From Fidelibacterota bacterium (lineage in GTDB: Bacteria > Fidelibacterota > Marinisomatia > Marinisomatales > UBA2128): a DNA stretch of 14,416 nucleotides. The notes below the pieces were generated by a model. The model saw only the letters and a program-made list of their open reading frames with translations, had not been told where the DNA came from and did not search any database. The stretch covers positions 1 to 14,416 of the forward strand of contig JBHHUM010000051.1 in assembly GCA_046861645.1 (NCBI GenBank). The letters are read 5' to 3'. The position numbers were made by a program, and so were the translations under genes. This document shows, in pieces, positions 1 through 7,474 of this stretch. The stretch's first letter is position 1, and every line of letters starts with the position of its first letter.

Positions 1-64
1 AAGGTGATAACCAACTATTTCCCCGAAGGGACCTGTGAGCAGGTGTCCATTTTACTAAGGTCAT
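1..64 (-). CDS. 5' end of a gene running off the left edge; probably an Hsp20/alpha-crystallin small heat-shock protein
   Basis: Minus-strand ATG at 64-62 with an AGGAGG RBS (78-73). The frame is open to the window edge: MTLVKWTPAHRSLRGNSWLSP. An MTLV(K/R)W.P start is typical of bacterial Hsp20 N-termini. Only 21 codons are visible. Confidence 0.6.
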   Translation of the reverse strand, partial: MTLVKWTPAHRSLRGNSWLSP

Positions 65-116
65 TTTTATTTCCTCCTTTTTAATCTTATTAAGAAGCGA
101 TTTCACCTACCATAGA

Positions 117-133
117 TGCAAGGGGTGTGCCAG
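117..133 (-). promoter_or_regulatory. Sigma54 (RpoN) -24/-12 promoter for the left-edge gene
   Basis: Minus strand reads CTGGCAC-ACCCC-TTGCA, matching TGGCAC-N5-TTGCW with exact GG/GC spacing. The predicted start (~106) is about 40 nt upstream of the ATG at 64. Confidence 0.8.
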
Positions 134-170
134 AATGAAGTGTGAGAAAAACAGTCATTTTACTCCGCCC

Positions 171-205
171 ATATGACAGGATGGGTGCGTTTATATGGCA
201 GGCTG
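171..205. repeat. Imperfect direct repeat, candidate enhancer-binding-protein site for the sigma54 promoter
   Basis: ATATGACAGGATG (171-183) and ATATGGCAGGCTG (193-205) are 11/13 identical with a 22-bp period, about 65-100 bp upstream of the predicted sigma54 start. Confidence 0.4.
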
Positions 206-268
206 AATATGAAGGTGTGTCTTAACTGCGGTTGGTGTGATCGTAAGCCGACTATATTCGGATAAAAG

Positions 269-733
269 TTAGTCTTCTGAATAGGAGATCTTCTTATTAG
301 AAAAGAAGAGTTCGTTTACCAAGACTGTGTGAGTGGACACTCCAGGCAGATCATTTTGGATTGAGCGGACGACTTGGTTCAAATCTTGAATATCTCTTGT
401 ACGAATTTTAATGGTGATATGTTTCTCGTCAACTGTTGTGTTTGCAACTCTGACACCATTAATTTTTAATATGTATTTAATAGTAGCTTCTTCAACCTCT
501 GTTGTTAAAGATGTCTGAAAAATTATATCAACGTAAGCTATAATTGGTTTTCCAAGGAGGTCATGGTCTAAGTCAACAGTAAACTTTTTGATATAACCAG
601 CCGCGGAGAGATTGTTTACTCTTCTGGTTACGGCCTGCCTTGTGAGGCCAATTAGCCTTCCCAACTCAATGAAGGGAATCCGACCATCATCCTGTAGAAC
701 ATCCAAGATCTTAAAGTCAATATTGTCAAGCAT
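269..733 (-). CDS. Lrp/AsnC family transcriptional regulator (154 aa)
   Basis: N-terminal MLDNIDFKILDVLQDDGRIPFIELGRLIGLTRQAVTRRVNNLSAAGYIKKF is the AsnC-type HTH. It is followed by the LGKPIIAYVDI linker and a RAM-like C-terminal domain. RBS GAGGGGAGG at 749-741. Confidence 0.93.
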   Translation of the reverse strand: MLDNIDFKILDVLQDDGRIPFIELGRLIGLTRQAVTRRVNNLSAAGYIKKFTVDLDHDLLGKPIIAYVDIIFQTSLTTEVEEATIKYILKINGVRVANTTVDEKHITIKIRTRDIQDLNQVVRSIQNDLPGVSTHTVLVNELFFSNKKISYSED

Positions 734-790
734 AGTATTACCTCCCCTCTTTTATTCCCGGGTTATTGAATGCAATAAGTACTCATCTTG

Positions 791-848
791 GCTACATTGT
801 ACAACTATACCTAACATAATGCAACATTTAACAAACAATGTGCAACAT
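791..848. repeat. Helically phased array of NCAACAT-like heptamers, candidate Lrp operator
   Basis: GCTACAT 791, ACAACTA 801, CTAACAT 811, GCAACAT 821, CAAACAA 832, GCAACAT 842. Spacings are 10, 10, 10, 11, 10 bp. Confidence 0.55.
796..824 (-). promoter_or_regulatory. Sigma70-type promoter for the Lrp/AsnC gene
   Basis: Minus strand TTGCAT (824-819), 17-bp spacer, TACAAT (801-796). Confidence 0.6.
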
Positions 849-864
849 ATAGTAAAAGAACTTC

Positions 865-893
865 TTGATTTGTTAATCTGTAATTACTATAAT
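865..893 (+). promoter_or_regulatory. Sigma70-type promoter for the TonB receptor operon
   Basis: TTGATT (865-870), 17-bp spacer, TATAAT (888-893). RBS GGAGG at 947-951 before ATG 956. Confidence 0.75.
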
Positions 894-955
894 TGTAACA
901 TTGTGTCCATATTATCAAGCAGTGGAACAAAGATAGAAACAACTTGGGAGGAAAT

Positions 956-3577
956 ATGAACAGAATAAATACAAGCCTGTTATATATCCTTTTGTGCCTT
1001 TTTCCGGTTGCAGCAATGGCACAGGGAACAATTACAGGTACAGTAACAGACAGTGATGGAAGTGCTGTTGTAGGCGCCAACGTTTTCCTCGATGGCACGA
1101 ACATGGGAGACGCCACTGACGCCAACGGTGATTTTACTATCGCTGATGTCCCCGCAGGCGGCTACACAATAATAGCCAGCGCTATTGGCTATAAAACAGG
1201 TAAAGATGCCATTGTTATTACCGACGGTGTTGTAACTGCTAGCTTCACTTTGGGCACTGATATTCTTGGTATGGATGCTGTTGTAATAACAGGTGTTCTT
1301 AATCCGACATCCAAACTTGAGTCGAGCGTTGCTATTTCCACAGCGGATGCCGTGGAAATTTCTCAACGTGCCCCAAGGAATACGGCCGATCTTCTGAAAT
1401 ACATTCCAGGGTTCTATGTTGAGAGCTCCGGTGGCGAAGGTGGAAACAACCTCTTCACCCGCGGGATTCCCGCTGATGGTAGTTTCCGTTACGTGTCAGT
1501 ACAGGAAGATGGGATGCCAGTTTTTAATGCACCGGAGTGCATGTTTTTCAATGTGGACCTTGCAGTGAGGATGGACGAAAATATCCAACGTATGGAGAGT
1601 GTCCGCGGTGGCTCCGGATCAATATTAGCTTCTAATGCTGCAGGTGGCATCATCAATTACATCAGTAAAACGGGTGGTGCTAAATTTGGCGGGTCAGCAA
1701 AATTTACCACTGGAGATTATGGAATGTACCGCACAGATTTAGAATTTGGTGGCCCTCTTGGGGAGAATATCCGCTATCACATGGGTGGCTTTTATCGTAC
1801 AGATCAGGGGATTCGACCCACTGGTTTTACCGCTAATCAAGGTGGTCAAATTAAAGGCAACCTGACCTACTTGATGGATAAAGGGTACATTCGGTTGTAC
1901 GGGAAATATCTCAACGATCGCAATGTTTTTTACCTGCCGGTCCCCCTAAGTGGTTTAGATGAAGAACTGGAAGGTTTTGATGCCAACTATGGCACGATGA
2001 CCAGTCTAGATTTACTCTATCTCAATGTACGTAAGCCCGAGGGCCGCGGATATCAAGAGCAGTATCTAGATGACGGTATGCATCCTACCCTGTATACAGT
2101 TGGCAGCGAATTGTCGTATGAACTAAGTGACAATCTCTTGCTGCGCAACAAGATGAAACGCTCAGTTCTGGATCATCAGTTCAACGCCATTTTCTCATTG
2201 AACGATCCATCTCTGGCAGGTGATTATGCTACTGCGGCCGGTGTTACTGATCCGGTTTGGAGTTATGTCAGAGGAGAAGGTGCTGGAGATACTATTAGCG
2301 ACATCAGTAACCTCAATGGCAACGGATTGGTAGTGGATGTCGGTTGGTGGGCAGTTACCATGCCCATGAATGATTTTGCCAACGATTTATCATTGACAAG
2401 AAGTTTGGGCAGTCATGATGTTACCTTAGGGTATTGGTTTTCCTATGATAAACAGGAAGCACACTGGTGGTGGCATAACGTACTAATGGAGATAGCTGAA
2501 AATCCGCGTGCATTAGATTTACTGGATAGTGATACTGGTATCTATTACACGGATAACGGATTTTCCAAGTATGGATCCATGTACTTGAACTATGAATTCA
2601 CCAATTTCGTAAACGCCTTTTACCTGAATGATGAATTCACCATAGGTGACATGACGATTAATGCCGGATTGCGATCCGAATCGGGTACAATAAACGGAAT
2701 GACTGAAAACACTCAAAACTACGATATGGCTGACACCACAACTATGGCTGATGATGCTGTTCTGTATGGAGATGGTACCTATGGAACCTGGGGTTTTGAG
2801 TATGATGAGCTGGCGTGGTCCGTAGGGTTGAACTACAAAATGAGTGATAACATGGCAGTGTTTGGTCGTGCTAGCAACGGTTTCCGGGCACCAGATGACA
2901 ACAATCTTGTGTTTTCCAAGGCTGAGGGATCCCGAGTTGAGGATATATCTCAATTTGAGATAGGCGGAAAATACAATTCACCAAACTTGGCAACATTTGC
3001 GACTTTCTTCTACAGCACATTAAATGACTTCCCGTTCGGCGACGAAGTCGTAGGTGATGACGGATCAATTACCAACTTGACTCGTTACGCCGATGCTATA
3101 GCAATGGGAACTGAGATTGAATTAATTGCCAAGCTTGGCAATATTGGTCTTAATTTCACTGGGACCGTTCAAGATATAACCTACAGGGACTATGTCTTCA
3201 CAATAGGTGGAGTAACCACGGACTTTGAAGGCAAACAAGTCCGCCGTATTCCCAAGATCTTTTTCACCCTGATGCCATCATATACCATGGGTGATTTGTT
3301 TGTCAATGTGACCATACAGCATTTTGGCGACCGCTTTACGGATGATGCCAACACTGAAAGCGCCAAACTACCCGGGTTTATCCAGTTTAACGCTGGAGCG
3401 ACCTATCAATGGGGTGATCTAGCGTTTTCGGTAAATGCGACTAACTTGACCAATACAATTGGTCTTACGGAAGGGAATCCTCGAACTGAGTCAGTGCTGG
3501 CTGGTGAGAAATCCTTCCGTATGGCCCGTCCTATCATGGGTCGTTCACTTATAGCATCCTTGGCCTACAATTTTTAA
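956..3577 (+). CDS. TonB-dependent outer-membrane receptor, probably sugar/disaccharide-specific, with an N-terminal carboxypeptidase-regulatory-like domain
   Basis: True start is probably ATG 956 (GGAGG RBS), not TTG 944. Features: signal peptide ending AMA|Q, GTITGTVTDSDGSAVVGANV...TDANGDFTIADVPAGGYTIIASAIGY domain, TonB-box-like DAVVITG, plug motifs ADLLKYIPGFYV and IQRMESVRGG...AAGGIINYISK, C-terminal NLTN...GRSLIASLAYNF ending in Phe. Confidence 0.95.
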   Translation: MNRINTSLLYILLCLFPVAAMAQGTITGTVTDSDGSAVVGANVFLDGTNMGDATDANGDFTIADVPAGGYTIIASAIGYKTGKDAIVITDGVVTASFTLGTDILGMDAVVITGVLNPTSKLESSVAISTADAVEISQRAPRNTADLLKYIPGFYVESSGGEGGNNLFTRGIPADGSFRYVSVQEDGMPVFNAPECMFFNVDLAVRMDENIQRMESVRGGSGSILASNAAGGIINYISKTGGAKFGGSAKFTTGDYGMYRTDLEFGGPLGENIRYHMGGFYRTDQGIRPTGFTANQGGQIKGNLTYLMDKGYIRLYGKYLNDRNVFYLPVPLSGLDEELEGFDANYGTMTSLDLLYLNVRKPEGRGYQEQYLDDGMHPTLYTVGSELSYELSDNLLLRNKMKRSVLDHQFNAIFSLNDPSLAGDYATAAGVTDPVWSYVRGEGAGDTISDISNLNGNGLVVDVGWWAVTMPMNDFANDLSLTRSLGSHDVTLGYWFSYDKQEAHWWWHNVLMEIAENPRALDLLDSDTGIYYTDNGFSKYGSMYLNYEFTNFVNAFYLNDEFTIGDMTINAGLRSESGTINGMTENTQNYDMADTTTMADDAVLYGDGTYGTWGFEYDELAWSVGLNYKMSDNMAVFGRASNGFRAPDDNNLVFSKAEGSRVEDISQFEIGGKYNSPNLATFATFFYSTLNDFPFGDEVVGDDGSITNLTRYADAIAMGTEIELIAKLGNIGLNFTGTVQDITYRDYVFTIGGVTTDFEGKQVRRIPKIFFTLMPSYTMGDLFVNVTIQHFGDRFTDDANTESAKLPGFIQFNAGATYQWGDLAFSVNATNLTNTIGLTEGNPRTESVLAGEKSFRMARPIMGRSLIASLAYNF

Positions 3578-3610
3578 ACGAGGTTAGGAGGCGTTAAAGA
3601 CCTGATCTAG

Positions 3611-3649
3611 AAAGGTGGGGGGGCGCTAAAGCCTCCTCACCTTTTTCTT
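3611..3649 (+). terminator. Intrinsic terminator-like hairpin between the receptor and symporter 1
   Basis: AAAGGTGGGGGGGC (3611-3624) pairs with GCCTCCTCACCTTT (3631-3644): 14 bp including 2 G-U pairs, 6-nt loop, running into TTTTTCTT. Confidence 0.75.
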
Positions 3650-3712
3650 AATTCCGGCGATGGGGAATATTACACTCTATTCCAATAATCAAGGTTATGA
3701 ATAGGAGGTAAA

Positions 3713-5308
3713 GTGCAACCTTACAAACTACATCCAATTGATTTGTCGATTGCAGGACTATACGTAGTATTTGTTATTGGCTTGGGTATTTATCTGGCAA
3801 GGAGCCACAAGGGCGCAGAGGATTATTTTCTTGGAGGAAGGACATTCATCTGGCCCCTGGTTGGATTGTCTTTGTACGCCTCCAATATGTCGAGCAGTAG
3901 TCTGGTAGGCATGGCTGGGAGTGCTTATGGAACGGGCATCTCCGTTTTCAACTACGAATGGATGGCTGCTGTAATACTAGTTTTCTTTGCAATTTTCTTT
4001 TTACCCTATCTGCTCCGGTCGCAGGTATTCACATTACCGGAGTTTCTTGAGCGGCGATACGATTCCAGGTCACGATTCTACTTCTCAGGTCTCAATATTC
4101 TAATGACTATCGTTATTGACACTGCTGCCACACTGTATGCCGGAGCCATTGCTATAAGTATAGTCTACCCCGATATTCCCATGTGGATGACCATGATGAT
4201 ATTAGCCGTCATTGCCGGTATATACACCACGGCAGGAGGGCTGTCAGCCGTTATTCTGACTGATGCTATACAAGCCGTTCTTCTTACGGTTGGATCTCTA
4301 ATTATAACCGTTCTTGCTTTTATAAAGATTGGCTCTTGGAGTGCTGTTACCGAAGTGATCCCTCCCGAGATGCTTCACCTGTTTATGCCTTTGGATAATG
4401 AGTTTTTGCCTTGGCTTGGTGTATTAACTGGGGTACCTATTCTGGGGTTTTACTTCTGGTGTACAAATCAGTTTATGGTTCAGCGGGTTCTCGCAGCAAA
4501 AAATGTAGATCATGGCCGATGGGGCGCCTTGTTTGCAGGTCTTATGAAGCTCCCACCTATTTTCATTATGGTTTTACCGGGTACGATGGCTCGTGTACTT
4601 TATCCAGATCTTCCAAGAGCTGATATGGCGTTTCCGCAATTAGTATTTGATCTATTGCCAATTGGTATTCGTGGAGTGATTGTGGCTGGGTTTTTAGCCG
4701 CCATTATGTCCAGCTTGGATTCTACTCTTAATTCTGCTTCAACCCTTCTAACAATGGACTTTTTCAAAAAGCTTCGTCCCAAATCGAGTAGTCGAGAACT
4801 TATGTGGGCAGGTCGCATTTTCACTTTCATATTTATGATTTTGGCAGCTTCGTGGGCTCCACAAATATTGAAGTTTCCCTCTCTTTGGCATTATCTTCAG
4901 AGTGTGCTGGCCTATGCCAGCCCACCCATCGTAGCACTTTATTTGGTGGGTTTGTTCTGGAAAAGGGCAAATAGTCATGGAGCCTTTGCGGGAATAATCG
5001 TAGGCTTCATTTTGGGTATAGGACAACTCATTCTCAGATTTATCTTTCCGGATGCTTCATGGCTACCTCAAATTCATTTTCTTTATATGGCAGCTATCCT
5101 GTTAATATTATCGACTGTTACTATAATAGTTGTTAGTCTGTTAACAGAGGCTCCAGAGATGGAAAAGGTTAAGAGCTATATTTGGACACCTAAGCACTAC
5201 CGGGCGGAAACCGAGGAACTGAGATCTCTACCATGGTATAAGAATTATCGCATACTTGCTGGTGGACTACTTGTGCTGACTATTGTAGTCGTAGGCATGT
5301 TTGCATAG
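3713..5308 (+). CDS. Sodium:solute symporter (SLC5/SGLT-like), probable Na+/sugar cotransporter
   Basis: GTG start with AGGAGG RBS. Motifs EDYFLGGR, GLSLYASNMSS, TLPEFLERRYD, YTTAGGLSAVILTDAIQ, YFWCTNQFMVQRVLAAK and AAIMSSLDSTLNSASTLLTMDFF; many hydrophobic segments. Confidence 0.95.
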   Translation: MQPYKLHPIDLSIAGLYVVFVIGLGIYLARSHKGAEDYFLGGRTFIWPLVGLSLYASNMSSSSLVGMAGSAYGTGISVFNYEWMAAVILVFFAIFFLPYLLRSQVFTLPEFLERRYDSRSRFYFSGLNILMTIVIDTAATLYAGAIAISIVYPDIPMWMTMMILAVIAGIYTTAGGLSAVILTDAIQAVLLTVGSLIITVLAFIKIGSWSAVTEVIPPEMLHLFMPLDNEFLPWLGVLTGVPILGFYFWCTNQFMVQRVLAAKNVDHGRWGALFAGLMKLPPIFIMVLPGTMARVLYPDLPRADMAFPQLVFDLLPIGIRGVIVAGFLAAIMSSLDSTLNSASTLLTMDFFKKLRPKSSSRELMWAGRIFTFIFMILAASWAPQILKFPSLWHYLQSVLAYASPPIVALYLVGLFWKRANSHGAFAGIIVGFILGIGQLILRFIFPDASWLPQIHFLYMAAILLILSTVTIIVVSLLTEAPEMEKVKSYIWTPKHYRAETEELRSLPWYKNYRILAGGLLVLTIVVVGMFA

Positions 5309-5333
5309 GGTTTCAGACAGGGATAGATTCCTG

Positions 5334-6830
5334 ATGCATATCGCATTTCTTAATCCTCAGGGTAACTTTGATCCAACCGATTATGGGTGGACACAACACC
5401 CGGACTTTGGGGGGCAACTCGTTTATGTTAAGGAAGTTGCTTTGGCCATGGGTGAAGACGACCATCGTGTTGACATTATTACCAGGCAGATTGATGATAC
5501 AAATTGGCCAGAGTTTGCGGGGCGAATTGACGGTTATCTGGGGCACGATAATGTTCGTATTCTACGATTCCCTTGTGGACCACTCCATTTTCTTAAAAAG
5601 GAAGATATGTGGCCGTACATTTATGAATGGGTTAACAATATCTTGTTATTCTACGAAAACAAACCTGCCTTCCCGGATATCTTCACAGGGCACTATGCCG
5701 ATGGTGGTTTAGCAGGTGCGATGATTCTAAATGAGCGAGGAAAACCGTACACGTTCACTGGCCACAGCCTAGGTGCTCAAAAAATGGATAAGCTCATTGT
5801 AGGAGAAGAAATATTTTTAGAAAAAGTCCGCCATTTTCACTTTGATAAACGGATCACTGCTGAGAGATTAGCTATGAGTAGTGCTAGCAGAATAATCACA
5901 AGCACGAAACAAGAACGTATGATTCAATACGGGCACCATCTCTATGAAGATGCCGTTGATACATCTGACGAGGGGAAGTTTGCTGTCATTCCGCCGGGAG
6001 TAAATTTGAGCATATTTGCCAGAGATTTGCAGGACATTGAGATTCCCGAGAAAGTTGAGAGGATGATTAAGCGGGATATCAGCGAGTCTCGCCGAAATCT
6101 ACCGTTGGTTATCTGTTCCAGTCGATTAGACCGTAAGAAGAATCATCTTGATTTAGTCAAAGCGTGGGCTGTAAGCCCGAAACTGAAGGCATCTGCCAAC
6201 CTTGCGATTATTACTCGCGGGTCGGAGAATCCTATGGAAGAATGGATGGAACTGTTTTCAGGTGAAGAACAAACTGTCTTTGGGGAAATAATGGATGTTA
6301 TAGAAAATCATGATTTGGCCGGATGCATCACTGCATTCAGCTTGAACAGCCAAACAGAATTGGCAGCTTGTTATCAATACCTTGCAAAAAACTTGCAGGG
6401 AATCTTTGCACTAACTGCGGTTTATGAACCTTTTGGGTTGGCGCCGCTTGAAGCCATCGCATCTGGACTGCCTGTTGTCGTGACTAAAAATGGTGGACCC
6501 AGTGAGAGCTTGAAAGATAAAAACGGAAAATATGGGGTACTGGTTGATCCTCAAGACCCGCAAGACATTGCAGAAGGCATACTGCTCTTAGCGACAGACG
6601 TGAATTACTGGAAAAGAATGCGGGCAGTTGGAAGGAAGAGGGTTCAGGACAAATATACTTGGCAGAAGACGGCAAAGGGATACTTTGATGTATTTGAATC
6701 TATTCTATCTGATATAAGCCAACAGGACAAGAGGGTGGTTATCCCACAGTACTTTTACAACTCAGATGTTGTAGACGTGACACCGGAAGAATTGCGGGAT
6801 CGGTATTTTATGAAAGAGAAATCAGTGTGA
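5334..6830 (+). CDS. Sucrose-phosphate synthase-like GT4 glycosyltransferase (single domain, Halothermothrix orenii SPS type, no SPP domain)
   Basis: HIAFLNPQGNFDP...HPDFGGQLVYVKEV, FTGHSLGAQKM, STKQER..QYGHHLY, VIPPGVN, SSRLDRKKNH and YEPFGLAPLEAIASGLPVVVTKNGGP closely match H. orenii SPS as I recall it. Start is probably ATG 5334 rather than TTG 5301. Confidence 0.88.
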   Translation: MHIAFLNPQGNFDPTDYGWTQHPDFGGQLVYVKEVALAMGEDDHRVDIITRQIDDTNWPEFAGRIDGYLGHDNVRILRFPCGPLHFLKKEDMWPYIYEWVNNILLFYENKPAFPDIFTGHYADGGLAGAMILNERGKPYTFTGHSLGAQKMDKLIVGEEIFLEKVRHFHFDKRITAERLAMSSASRIITSTKQERMIQYGHHLYEDAVDTSDEGKFAVIPPGVNLSIFARDLQDIEIPEKVERMIKRDISESRRNLPLVICSSRLDRKKNHLDLVKAWAVSPKLKASANLAIITRGSENPMEEWMELFSGEEQTVFGEIMDVIENHDLAGCITAFSLNSQTELAACYQYLAKNLQGIFALTAVYEPFGLAPLEAIASGLPVVVTKNGGPSESLKDKNGKYGVLVDPQDPQDIAEGILLLATDVNYWKRMRAVGRKRVQDKYTWQKTAKGYFDVFESILSDISQQDKRVVIPQYFYNSDVVDVTPEELRDRYFMKEKSV

Positions 6831-7474
6831 TGATTGGGGATAAATTGATGATAAAGGAGAAACATCATCGGGCTGCCCGCGGCGTATTGGAGAACACTCT
6901 GACGGAAAGACAACAAGTGGCTGGCAGATATGTGATTACTATTGCGGGAGAATCGGGAAGTGGAAAATCTGAGACGGCCGTTGCATTGGCGGAAGGCTTT
7001 TCCAAGGATGGTGTGAACAGCGTTATTCTCCAGCAAGATGATTATTTTGTTTATCCCCCAAAGACCAACGATGCCACTCGCAGAAAAGACATTGGCTGGG
7101 TTGGTCCACAAGAGGTCCGTTTGGACCTGCTGGACAAACATCTTGAGATGGTCCTACAGGGATCGGAATCAATAACCAAGCCACTGGTCATTTACAAAGA
7201 AGATCAGACTACTGATGAAACGATATCCCTAACAAACGTTAAAGTCGTTATTGCTGAAGGTACCTATACAACCATGCTGAAAAATGCTAACTGCCGTGTC
7301 TTCATTGACCTGACCTATCATGCTACGAAAGCCTCTCGGTTAGAACGTGCCAGGGAAGAGCAAGATGACTTCATTGAGAAGGTCCTTAAAATTGAACACA
7401 AGATTATTTCAAAACACAAGGCGCGAGCAGATTTGATCATAGATCGGGACTTCAATGTCACGAAAGTCGGATAA
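6827..7474 (+). CDS. Uridine-kinase/phosphoribulokinase-fold P-loop kinase, substrate unknown
   Basis: ITIAGESGSGKS Walker A, QDDYF, VVIAEGTY and the RLERARE lid follow the PRK/URK/PanK pattern. The start (GTG 6827 or ATG 6830) overlaps the upstream TGA. Confidence 0.8.
   Translation: MMIGDKLMIKEKHHRAARGVLENTLTERQQVAGRYVITIAGESGSGKSETAVALAEGFSKDGVNSVILQQDDYFVYPPKTNDATRRKDIGWVGPQEVRLDLLDKHLEMVLQGSESITKPLVIYKEDQTTDETISLTNVKVVIAEGTYTTMLKNANCRVFIDLTYHATKASRLERAREEQDDFIEKVLKIEHKIISKHKARADLIIDRDFNVTKVG

Noticed and set aside
791..848. CRISPR or iteron interpretation of the short repeats
   Set aside because: The units are about 7 bp and degenerate, there are no spacers, and no cas or rep gene is nearby.
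612..1366. ORFs 612..959(+), 811..1125(-) and 980..1366(-)
   Set aside because: They overlap the lrp gene, the promoter region or the receptor gene, have no recognisable motifs, and look like shadow frames.
2725..2752. Short direct repeat TATGGCTGA within the receptor gene
   Set aside because: It simply encodes a repeated MAD tripeptide in a loop; not significant.
5301..5333. Track starts at TTG 944, TTG 5301 and TTG 8812
   Set aside because: Downstream ATGs (956, 5334, 8854) fit RBS position and family N-termini better.
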